Positions 11,493 to 23,135 of a DNA stretch of 64,000 bases are shown in pieces. Origin of the DNA: Eledone cirrhosa (Eukaryota); the NCBI GenBank assembly GCA_964016885.1, contig OZ024740.1:120962001-121026000 (forward strand), read 5' to 3'. Within the stretch, counting starts at the first letter, position 1, and every line of letters starts with the position of its first letter. A model generated the notes under the pieces. It was not told where the DNA came from, did no database searches, and saw nothing but the letters and a program-made list of their open reading frames with translations. The position numbers and the translations under genes were made by a program.

Positions 11493-11943
11493 ATGGATTC
11501 ACCGAACATTTATTATAACGCTCGGTGTGTTTGTAAAGAAACATCCCGAATTAACCCGTTCAGTGTCTAGCAACCATCGCTGCTCATTTGTTCAACACTG
11601 ACAAAGGAACGCTGTACTAGTTTCAAGATTATTAGCTATCGTCAGCAACCTATACCTTCCTGCCAGATTGTTGAACGTTTATCGTTTATCGTTTTGTTAC
11701 CCCGGCCGATTAACTCACTCGATATGCAAATTAGGCGTCTCAGCCGTTAATATGCATAAGGAAATTATATACTGTCAGACGTTCAACCATCTGACGATAG
11801 CTAATAAGCTTGAAACTTGTACAGCGTTCCTTTGTCAGTGTTGAACAAATGAGCAACGATGGTTGCTAGACACTGAACGGCTTAATTCGGGATGTTTGTT
11901 TACAAACACACCGAGCATTATAATAAATGTTCGGTGAATCCAT
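11493..11943. mobile_element. Fold-back non-coding element (153-bp arms) carrying HHR motifs
   Basis: 11493-11645 is inverted at 11791-11943; HHR core in both arms; TA-rich flanks. Confidence 0.85.
11611..11649 (-). ncRNA. Minimal type-I hammerhead ribozyme
   Basis: Minus strand gttg-CTGACGA-tagctaataatctt-GAAA-ctag-TA-cagc; palindromic stem III. Confidence 0.7.
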
Positions 11944-12034
11944 CTGTATACTTATATGTATATACGTATACATACTTATATTTAAGTAACAGCCGTACTA
12001 AGAGTGAGAAATGAAATTTCGTTTCTATTTTTCT

Positions 12035-12072
<38 letters not shown>

Positions 12073-12094
12073 TCTCTATATATATTTACTGTAT

Positions 12095-12186
<92 letters not shown>

Positions 12187-12352
12187 TGTATATTTATATA
12201 TATATATACAGTCTATTTATATATATTTACTGCATAAATATATATATATATATATATATATACTGTAAATATATATATATATATATATATATATACTGTA
12301 TATTTATATATATATACTGCATATATATATACTGTAAATATATATATATATA

Positions 12353-12388
<36 letters not shown>

Positions 12389-12431
12389 GACGTAAAATAA
12401 GAAAATTATAAAAATGAACTTCTAAAATTTC

Positions 12432-12515
12432 ACTCCAACTAATTAGTTTCTGAAAGGGAATAAACATGGTTTTCGAATGTAACACATGGAGAAAATCCTT
12501 TCGTCATCAGGAAGT
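12432..12515 (-). ncRNA. Type-I hammerhead ribozyme with extended stem II
   Basis: Minus strand acttc-CTGATGA-c-gaaagg[about 39 nt]cctttc-a-GAAA-ctaattag-TT-ggagt. Confidence 0.72.
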
Positions 12516-12780
12516 CTATTCTCAGCTAAGTTCCCAGGATATGCGTGGACACAGGGAACTTATACAAAAATAATTCAGTGGATGGAAAAAAGCAAGCGAG
12601 GACTAAATTCCAGGACATTGAAAAGAATCAATCACGTGACATTAAGGTTAATCAGTGAGGAGTGGTGTGCTAATAAGGCAGTAGCCTGACTATTAATATG
12701 AACCATAGTAGTAGTTTTGGCAAATTTATGCTAACAAAAATAATTTGGACATAATTATAAAGAATTAGTATATCTACCAA

Positions 12781-12871
<91 letters not shown>

Positions 12872-12901
12872 TGTATATATATATATATATATATATATAC
12901 A

Positions 12902-12990
<89 letters not shown>

Positions 12991-13030
12991 TACTGTATAT
13001 ATTTATATATATATATATACATACATATAT

Positions 13031-13074
<44 letters not shown>

Positions 13075-13141
13075 TGTATACATTTATATATATATATATA
13101 TAGTGTACTGTATATATTTATATATATATATATACACACAC

Positions 13142-13179
<38 letters not shown>

Positions 13180-13208
13180 TACATTTATATATATATATAT
13201 ATATATAT

Positions 13209-14881
13209 ATTGTTATACTTTGGGAGGGTCATGTTGCCAATAAGAAACACATGCACCAGTCCTTTCACTTCAATTTATTATAATACATTTATAAATTTTG
13301 GAATTTATAAATATCCGGTAGATTGGTTGGTTCCACAACCAGATGATTGTTTATATATGGTCAAAGTTCTTGCGTCACACATTCTGTGACCTCTTCAGTG
13401 ACTGGGGATTCTTTTCTTTGTTTTCTTGCCTCTTCTTTGTTCTATCCTTCGCCATCTTGTTTTTGTGTGTGTTGTGTGCTTAGTTTGCGCATGTGTAAAC
13501 ATCCGGGTGTCTGTGTGTGTTTATATTTGTTTATTTATTTCTTTATATACATGTTACTGGTTGGTTGTTTCTTCTATGTGCGTGTGTGTTTTCATTTTGT
13601 CCTTAATTGTAAGTTGTGATGTTGCTGTTCCATTCCTGTTTTCTATTTAATTTTGGTTGGAGTTCATTTATGTTTATTGCCTCTGTGATTTGTCTAAACA
13701 TTGCGTCTTTTCTGTGTGTAGATTCTATTTTTATTTCTATGTTCTCTAATTTACCCTTATGTTCTATTTTAGCATGTTGGTAGAGTACAGATGATTCTTT
13801 ACTATTTTGAAGGTCTCGCCAGTGTTCATTTATCTGTTCCCCTATACTACGAGCTGTCTCACCTATGTACACTATATTCTTATCTCTACATTGTCCTTCA
13901 GTACATCTTATGCTATATACTACATTTCTAGTTTTAGAGTTAATATAGGGGCTTAATTTACAGATTATACATTTCTTGTCTATACAGGGAGGTCTTTGAA
14001 AAGGGTATGTATTGCTAATAAGTGTTTTTATGGATGTACCTGATCTTTCTACTATCTTAATATTGAGTTTATGTTTATCTAGTGTCCTTCTAAATTTGTA
14101 AGCTAATTCACCTCTAGGGGTTGTATCGATGAACATTACAATCATTTATTTATTACTATCATACCATGAGTTTATTCTATTAGCCTTATTCCTAGTTCTT
14201 TCTATTCTATTCCAAAATTTGCTCCTATACAAGGGGCAGGTCCCATTTGTGTCATTATTTACCATTTTTTCCCATTTGGTTCTAGCTCCTCTATACACTC
14301 TGATTTTATCTCTCTGATTGTAACCAGAGAACTGCATACGGTGGATGAAGTGTTGTATGTGTCTCTCTAGGTCTTTGGGGTTGCACATGCGGGACACGTT
14401 TCTTATCACTCGTACCAAATCCGCAATCAGTATCTTGATTTTGGCATGGTCCGAAACAGCTGTTTCGGTGGATCAGATATTTGGAAGTCATGGGTTTGGC
14501 ATAATGGGAATGGATGGTTTGTTTTGTGTTATTAATGGTATCTAACCAGAGCTCTGTGTCTAGTACAGGTAATCGATGGTTGGGGTGTTTGCTTGGGTAG
14601 TCTATAGTAACTCTAATACTCTAGTGGATGGAGTAAGCTATTTACTAGATGCTTTCCATGGTGTTTTACTCTAATTCCCGACTGTTCTCTAGTGGAGGTG
14701 TTTTTACTACGATGTTTATATCATCAACGTAGCGGGAGTACATTATCTGGGTTAAGCGGTCTTCTAATTGACAATATATAAACAATCATCTGGTTGTGTA
14801 ACCAACCAACCAACCGGAAATTTGTAAATTCCTAAATTTATAAATGTATTATAATAAATTGAAGTGAAAGCAACTGGTGCG
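13209..14881 (-). mobile_element. PLE family B (related to A): decayed 3' part (RT thumb, GIY-YIG, pLTR) with inverted pLTR piece 14769-14881
   Basis: ORFs 14146-14418 and 13603-14145 are homologous to the C-terminus of the 1498-4839 protein (YIGETARSIG, LNRKQEW); tail encodes MTLPKYNN; about 13250-13363 is inverted at 14769-14881. Confidence 0.9.
13360..13402 (-). ncRNA. Minimal hammerhead ribozyme of family B pLTR (GAAA box mutated to GCAA)
   Basis: gtca-CTGAAGA-g-gtcac-agaatgt-gtgac-GCAA-gaac-TT-tgac. Confidence 0.65.
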
Positions 14882-15019
14882 AATTAGTTTTGCGTGGTTC
14901 TTGATATGAAATCATGTGTATAACAATATATAAATATGTATATATATATATACAGTATATATATATACATATATATATAGTATATATATATATATATATA
15001 CAGTATATATATATATACA

Positions 15020-15132
<113 letters not shown>

Positions 15133-15381
15133 TGTATATATATATACAGTATATATATATATATATACATATATGTATATACGTATATATATATACAGAA
15201 TATTCTGCTCTCTCTCTTTCTCTTTCTCAGTAATCCAACGGCTTATTTAAAATTATCCAATACTAACTTACCTAATAGTATAAGTAAAGATATAACTCCA
15301 CTATCCGGGAGCTTCCAACAGTAATGGTTGCATTCTTTAAGCGTATGTCAATATTTATTTATAAAACAGCTCTATATTATA

Positions 15382-15442
15382 TTTTATCTGATGAAAGCAC
15401 ACCATAATTTAACTTGGTGTCCTTGAAATATGTATAATGAAA
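15382..15442 (+). ncRNA. Type-I hammerhead ribozyme in a short TA-flanked repeat (family D; related copy at 55521)
   Basis: ttttat-CTGATGA-aag-c-acacca[loop]tggtgt-c-ctt-GAAA-tatgta-TA-atgaaa. Confidence 0.72.
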
Positions 15443-15572
15443 TAAATATGGTTTTATAAATATAGTTTCCATTTGTTAATAACGTATTTTTACTACGATT
15501 ATTTGTTGAGTGCTTTATATCAGTTATAAAATTATTTACTTGTTGTATCCGAACAATTTAAATAGAACTTTT

Positions 15573-15631
<59 letters not shown>

Positions 15632-15657
15632 TATATATATATATTCATTTCTCGCAA

Positions 15658-15763
15658 GCTCCGATGAACTGACTGGTTATAATTTTGTATTGGCGATCGA
15701 GTAACGCGAAAATAAGCGGATAGCGATCTCTAGACGTACCAGTTCAGAGAAACAATTGTCAGC
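15658..15763 (+). ncRNA. Hammerhead-like motif with a very long stem-II insertion (core CCGATGA variant)
   Basis: gct-CCGATGA-a-ctgactggt[about 60 nt]accagttcag-a-GAAA-caattg-TC-agc. Confidence 0.6.
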
Positions 15764-15813
15764 AATGAGATTAAAAACCTTTTTTGTATATCAAACCGTG
15801 TCACTCTTCTTTC

Positions 15814-15848
<35 letters not shown>

Positions 15849-17344
15849 GGTGGGAAACAAAGATCGCAAATAAAGTAATTCACAACATACAGTAACGATC
15901 CCAGTAATTAGCTACAGTTTTAATATAATACATATAATACATTCAAAACTAAGTGAGCGTAGAAATACGGTCCCAAATATAATAGCTCCCATCATCGCTT
16001 TTAAAATGAAAAAAAAAACGAAACGAATGACCAGCTCGTCAAATCAGACCAAGAAAAGTATGTCTCCAGTAGGTTTTCCATTGTAAATACTATCTGTTAT
16101 TCGCAAATACTGGCAGAACAGAAATCTGTTATGGTGACAGGATTATGAACAAAGTCAAGAATATCCTTTTGAACTCATTAACTATTCTGCCTTGTCTGTT
16201 ATATTTAGTTATTGAACCTACAAGAATGAAAGTCAAAGTTAAACACGACAGAATATATGTATGCATGTATGTATGTATATATATATTATGCATGTAATAC
16301 ATATATATGTATGTATATATGTATTATCGGATGACCGATAATCACACCAAACCGGAGTACTGTGATCCTTGTGATTTCCAGATATACAACCACTGACACT
16401 GTTACGAAGACCAGAAAACCATACTCCATAATATTGAACCAAGTGATAGATTTGTGCGACCAAAATAACACCAAACACATTTTGAACTAGGAATATTGGA
16501 TCCTCCGTCAATGTCCGGGTGAGCAAAAATAGAGTTCTATCTGCATTGGAATTTACGAACTTGTGCATCTGCTGTGGTGTCAAAAACAAACGCACATGAC
16601 CGCACAAATAAACAATGGACCATGCCACGTGGCTTGAACCCGTAAGTGAATTGAAGGTTCTGCAACTCTGATACACAGATTATTTATTATTAAGATGTAT
16701 AAACTTGACATAACTATTATCATCTTATATTCTCTCAACTAATCACACTTGATCATATTTCTCTATCCCGTTTTCTCCCCCCATAATTATTATATTTTTA
16801 TTATTATTTGAAAAAATCGGTTTTTTTACATTGTGTTTTCCCCTCCAAATATTCGCATATATTTCTTAATATATTCTCTATATATTTTTTTATCTTTATT
16901 TTTTTATCTTTATTATTTCCACCTTTATCCTCCTTTATATTTTACCTTATTCTTACATTTATACCTTATTATAGTGTAATCTTCCCCATGCCTTATTATA
17001 CACTATTAATTATAGATTATTATTATTACTCTTTTTCCATTTCTAATTACCTCATGTACTTTCTCCTCCGCTATATATATATATATATTGTATGCCCTTT
17101 GTGTTTGTGTAGCCTCTGCGCACCCTCTGCACCATATTATCGACGCCACCCAATCTATGGTTCAGCTAACCACCCGACTCCCGGGAATGAATATGACCGC
17201 AGCTAGTAAACAAGGACCAACACCCCACCCTCACGCACCAAAATTATACTTATCGTCCCCTACTTTTGCTCTTTACTCTCTTTACTCTTTGTTCTTGAAT
17301 GTTTGGTTGATAGAGTCCATAACAGCAATCAAACCCCTTTTATA

Positions 17345-17389
17345 GCTCTGACGAATCCTACGGTTACGTAAGAAAGAAACATTGTGAGC
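17345..17389 (+). ncRNA. Degenerate hammerhead ribozyme
   Basis: gct-CTGACGA-..tacg-gtta-cgta..-GAAA-cattg-TG-agc; G at the cleavage position. Confidence 0.5.
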
Positions 17390-17457
17390 CAATAAAAATC
17401 TTTTGATGTTGTAGACGCTCTTGTGTTCTTTTTCATATATATATATATATATATATA

Positions 17458-17552
17458 TTTGAAATTGTTTAGCAAGATTCTTTATCTGAAATCGTGTGTT
17501 GAAACCGATATTGTTATACTTATTGGCAACATGACCCTCCAAAAGTATAACA

Positions 17553-17556
<4 letters not shown>
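17458..17556. mobile_element. Miniature fold-back remnant of the family B PLE tail (ORF start region in both orientations)
   Basis: Minus strand encodes [15 protein letters not shown]; plus strand attggcaacatgaccctccaaaagtataacaatat; (TA)n on both sides. Confidence 0.8.
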
Positions 17557-17598
<42 letters not shown>

Positions 17599-17771
17599 AT
17601 TTATATGTATATATATATATTGTATATATATATATATATGTATATATGATATATATTTATATATATATTATATGTATATATATATATGTATATATTTATA
17701 TGCATATATTTATATGTATATATATATATATATATATATGCATATGTATATATATATATATCAGGTCACCA

Positions 17772-18365
17772 GTTGGTGCTACTGGTAACATGTATCCCAG
17801 TACAACCTATCTCATGGTCGTGTCGTTAGCGACTAAACTGGCAACTGCACCAAGTTTTCTTGGTGACGAGGGTGACTTTGGACATCATTCAGGACTAAAA
17901 ACAAAACCTGTCAAAGGGCAAAGGAGCTCTTAAGAGTCAATGGCCATCCAAAATCACCGGGAGAGATGACCCCTTAGCCTTTATCAAGGCAGAATTCTTG
18001 GAGAAGGAAAACTCTGATATAACACCTGCAACCCTGATGGTATCCAATGATGTTGACTTGTTCTCCTTTTTGGTAAATAACATCTTGTTTAAGAGAGTGA
18101 GACTGGCTTTATGCAGTGCTTTTGCTCACTGTAAAAGCTTCACGGCACAGGCATTGCTTTATATCTGGAGATCTCTCTGCATTTGTCGTCACATGGTTCC
18201 ATGGACCCAGCACTATGTGTCAATAATTGTCGCAAGTGTAGTGTTTGTACCAGAGTTTTCAAGTCACTGGCTGGACTAAAAAGTCACACTCATTTAGCGC
18301 ATATGTAGGGGTTCTCCTACATGGATATAAAGTAGTGGCCGTACGCGAAAACGAGTTGGCAGCCA

Positions 18366-18368
<3 letters not shown>
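17772..18368 (+). mobile_element. About 600-bp non-autonomous retroelement/SINE with an RTE-like 5' region
   Basis: Three similar copies (17772, 44820, 46446), microsatellite-flanked; contains GGAGAAGGAAAACTCTGA as seen in RTE 5' UTRs; strand inferred. Confidence 0.75.
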
Positions 18369-18413
<45 letters not shown>

Positions 18414-18484
18414 ATGTGTGTGTATGTATGTATATAATCGTATATACATATATATACATGAATGCATATATAGATACAAACATA

Positions 18485-18561
<77 letters not shown>

Positions 18562-18715
18562 TATACACGGGTGTGTATGTTTGTGTATAGAAGATTATAT
18601 TAATAAAAGGAATTCCAACTTTGTCTGATTTACTCGTTTTATTTAGAATCCTTTAAAATTTATAATGTTATTAGAATGAAATAGTATGGTAGAATTTTAA
18701 ATGTTAAGTGTTAAT

Positions 18716-18754
18716 TGAACACGTACTTTCATGCTTTCGCAATCTTCAGGTTCA
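18716..18754 (-). ncRNA. Minimal hammerhead ribozyme, family C (cleavage triplet mutated)
   Basis: tgaac-CTGAAGA-t-tgc-gaaa-gca-t-GAAA-gtac-GT-gttca. Confidence 0.6.
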
Positions 18755-18826
18755 TAATGTGTGGTGACAGTCAAGTTTGCAATTTTCACAGTTGAAAATT
18801 GCAAACTCGACTGTCACCACAATTTA

Positions 18827-18865
18827 TGAACCTGAAGATTGCAAAAGCATGAAAGTACTTGTTCA
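18827..18865 (+). ncRNA. Minimal type-I hammerhead ribozyme, family C
   Basis: tgaac-CTGAAGA-t-tgc-aaaa-gca-t-GAAA-gtac-TT-gttca. Confidence 0.82.
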
Positions 18866-19000
18866 ACTAACCATCAACATTTAATATTCTACCATACTAT
18901 TTCATTCTAATACCATTATACATTTTAAAGGATTGTAAATAAAACGAGTAAATCAGACACATTTGGAATTCCTTTTATTAATATATATATATATATATAT

Positions 19001-20199
19001 ATACAAGTTAATATAAATTAATATATGATAAACACTAATATAGACATATTAGTGTTTGTATTGCAAATGACCAAGTTAGCTAGATTGAAAAATACTAATT
19101 CAATTAATACAGTCTGCCTGTCTCGATTTTAAATAATAAATCAATAACAACAAACCCATATTGGTAATAACCTTGATACCCGGACAAATTTAAATTTCAA
19201 AATCCAAACCTGTTCCGTAGAAAAATTTAAATTTCAAAACCCAAATAAGTTTCGCAACGATAATTTAAAAAAGTGAAAGATTCCAATTTCTGTGGTCATC
19301 GGCAGGTATCCAGAAAATTAGTATGTTTCACTTCGAAATACTTCGGAAGACTGATTATCAAGTGATAACGCACATGGTGTTCAGCTCCTAGTTACCCCAT
19401 ACTCATGCTGCTAGAAATAACAGCCGTTTATATGGGATTAAAATTTGGCTCAACAAAAGGAGCCGTAATACTATATTATATTTAGAGTTGTAAACTCAAA
19501 CTGTCCTTTACAATTAATTAGCTCAAAGCAAGAAGCATTTCTGAGCCGTGAAATACAACTTAATATAAATTAATATATGATAAAAACTAATATAGACATA
19601 TTAGTGTTTGTATTGTAAATGACCAAGTTAGCTAGATTGAAAAATACTAATTAAATTAATACAGTCTGACTGTCTCTATTTAAAATAATAAATCAATATT
19701 GTAAAGGACTGTTTGAGTTTACAACTCTAAATATAATATAGTATTACGGCTCCTTTTGTTGAGCTAAATTTTAATCCCATATAAACGGCTGTTATTTCTA
19801 GCAGCATGTGTATGGGGTAGCTAGGAGCTGAACACCATGTGCGTTATCACTTGATAATCAGTCCTCCGAAGTATTTCGAAGTGAAACATACTAATTTTCT
19901 GGATACCTGCCGATGATCACAGAAATTGGAATCTTTCACTTTTTTAAATTATCGTTGCGAAACTTATTTGGGTTTTGAAATTTAAATTTTTCTACGGAAC
20001 AGGTTTGGATTTTGAAATTTAAATTTGTCCAGGTATCACGGTTATTACGAATAAGGGTTTGTTGTTATTGATTTATTATTTAGTGTTTATCATATATTAA
20101 TTTATATTAACTTGTATTTCACGGCTCAGAAATGCTTCTTTCTTTGAGCTAATTAATTGTAAAGGACTGTTTGAGTTTATAACTCTAAATATAATATAT
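19001..20199. repeat. Non-coding element with a 552-bp unit in partial tandem plus an inverted, permuted copy
   Basis: 19001-about 19146 is repeated at 19553-19698; 19699-20199 is a reverse complement of the unit that reads across the tandem junction. Confidence 0.85.
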
Positions 20200-20599
20200 A
20201 TACATAATGAAAAAAAAAAACATTGTTAACAACTTAAATTCATTGTTTAAATTCTACATACATGCATATGTAGATATTAAGTTAATTGGAAACAATTAAT
20301 TAGCTATTATTTACACAAAACTTAATGCATATAACAACAGCATATCTTCAGGAAATATAAGAAGAAATAATGTTTACCAAATTCACCTTATTAGAATAGA
20401 ATCCAAATGAAATATTGGCCGTAAGGCACTCATTTAACGAAGATTTTATATGAAATTGTCCTAACTTGTAATTTGTAAGAGATTATGATTATTGGTTGAG
20501 ATAAAATGCATTACTTCATCATTATTATAACAGAAAGTTTGGTAACATATGTGAGAAGGGGAAAAAATCTCTGGTTTTCTGTTTAGGATAACAAGTTTT

Positions 20600-22280
20600 G
20601 ACATAACATTTTAAAGCCATTCAGCGTGGCACAAATTGCTTTTCAGCCTAATATGAATGGACGACCTTCAGAATTTTCTAATTAATGGAGTACTTAGTAT
20701 TGGATTCTGTGTGGTCCCCCACATACAGTGATAATGAGGGTGAGCTACGTAGTTTTTCCCCCTAAAAGAGTGACGGTATATATAATATCGAGGTTTACAA
20801 CTATTTGAGGTACCTCCTATATATATATATATACCTTATTATTAGTATTCGTGAATATTGTACAATGTTAAAGTAAATGTTCTGTTAGACAATTACCGTT
20901 AAGACGGCAGATAGAAGAGTTTCTACAGTTACTTTTTTGTTGGATATTAGGTTACTATTAAGGTGATACTATATTGATCATCACATGATGTTTGGAAGTT
21001 ACGAATATTGCTACTGGGGGTACCGCATACTGCTAGCATATCTGGGTTACTCCTATAATTTCACATATTCTATTTTTTGTTTCTTCTCGTATAATAATTC
21101 TCGGACAATAATTAGTTAGCTAGATTAAGGGTAGTAGAGAAAGATATTTTTACAGTATTCTTGTTAAGTATTGTTTAATAATGATGGATTGGAGGGACGT
21201 TTTTCGCTAAGATTTAAAAAAAATAGTTTAGATATATTAAAGGCTACATTGTGAGTTAACCCACGAAGAAGATTTCCTGCGAGTTGATTTACGGATTCCC
21301 GGTAGTGGCTAAACTGGCTTAAGTCCAAACTGGCTATCTTTAAAAGTGTTATGCTTACGTCTATTATGATCAGCAAAAACCTTAGGTTTATGATCGGAGT
21401 AAGGCCGACTTTGGATGTGTCTGTTGTTCAAGATAATACAGTGGGTGTTTAATTTATTGCAGTATTTATTATTTTCACGCCTATTATTTTCATATTTGTT
21501 GTGCTCAGTCGTTAGAGGTTGTATTGTTAATGTCATTATTTCCCATGTGCTTTATGTTCTAATTTGTGTATTTTATTAATTCCATTTTTTCCGGGTAAGT
21601 GGTTATCACTACAATTACTAAATATTTTGTTAATCGTATAGAGAAGGGAACATTTGTTCGGTTTAAGTACGTTTTCATTGTTCAAACTGGGATTAAGTAC
21701 AGTCATATTATGTGGGATATTTTTTGCCAATATCACAAGGCTTCTCTGTATACACTATTTTAATTGTATAACGGGTCCTTTGTAGTAAGACATTATAAAA
21801 TTGCGCTCTCTGATTAAAGCCAGCTTAGTCAGAGGTCAGTCTAGAGATAGGGTTAGATAATTATTACCAATATATTTTAGTATAGATCTTGGATGGTTAC
21901 ATTGATAATTAAAGTAAAATAGATGATCACCCTAGTTTATGAAAAGTTTGTATAGATCGGGTTGAATATTTAAATATACATCAAGAAAGTTCCCAACTTT
22001 ATTGTTAGTATCTACATGTATATTGTAGATGTAAAATATTTTAGTAACGACATCTATTGTCAAATATTATCAACATCTACATCTATTGTAGATGTAACAT
22101 ATTTTATTCCGATCAAAGTTTCAACTATTTCTGCTAATAGCGAATAATGCATCATCACGATATAAGCCACTTTTAAAAGACGGAAAATGCCTTTAATATG
22201 TTTAGTAAGAAAATACCAAATAAATCAGTGTTTTGAGCAGAATCACTTGAACCCATAGTTATATCGGAATTTTTAGGGCC
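20600..22280 (-). pseudogene. Highly decayed PLE coding remnants (RT YRDD region and GIY-YIG pieces; probably two fragments)
   Basis: Minus-strand translations [19 protein letters not shown] (about 22150-22265), NFLDVYLN (about 21980), CRLNGNCL (about 20890), YIGGT..RHSF (about 20770-20825). Confidence 0.65.
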
Positions 22281-22281
22281 T

Positions 22282-22354
<73 letters not shown>

Positions 22355-22379
22355 TCTCCATATATATATATATATATAA

Positions 22380-22448
<69 letters not shown>

Positions 22449-22910
22449 CGATGAATCAATTTTGCGAGGTTTTTTATATGAAATCGTGTGTCGAAACAAA
22501 TGTTGTTATACTTGGAGAAATTAGAATAATATCTAAACATAGAAATGACCCAGCAGATAGGCAAATCAGAGAGGCCAGTGAAATAGAACTTAGAAGGCCA
22601 AGACTAAACCGAAAGAATGAATGGAATAACAACAACACCAAAACAAACAACACTGAACTAAGAGAAGTATAAATAAATAAATAAATAGATAAATAAGTAA
22701 ATACATACACAGGCACAATAACAACAAACACATATAAACACACACTAGTCACCCAATCACGAACACACATCAAACAAAACACTATACACACACGCAAACG
22801 CATGCGCAAAGAAGACAAAATAAAATAAACAAACAAACAAATAAATAAATATATAGACAGACTAAATAAAAATGGCGTAGACATACAATGTAACGGGAGG
22901 AAACAATAGC

Positions 22911-22952
22911 ACCACTGACGATGTTGCAGATGTGCAACGAAAGAACTTTGAT
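22911..22952 (+). ncRNA. Minimal hammerhead ribozyme in the 5' pLTR
   Basis: acca-CTGACGA-t-gttgca-gatg-tgcaac-GAAA-gaac-TT-tgat; stem I has one mismatch. Confidence 0.68.
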
Positions 22953-23135
22953 AAACTATATATATGTGTTTGTGTCTATATTGTATCTGTATTATTTTTG
23001 ACCGTCGGTCAGTCAATGGCAACATTGAGGACCGAATAAATTATATTACCGATATAAAAGACACAGAAGCGAAAAGCGAAAACCAACCAAACAGTGAGTG
23101 TGTTCTGTTATTAATTCTGGCAATATTACACAAAT

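Larger units (their letters stand above)
18562..18985. mobile_element. Fold-back pLTR-only derivative of PLE family C (about 190-bp arms, 4-nt loop)
   Basis: About 18596-18788 is inverted at 18793-18985; same sequence as the termini of 42651-44797. Confidence 0.9.
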
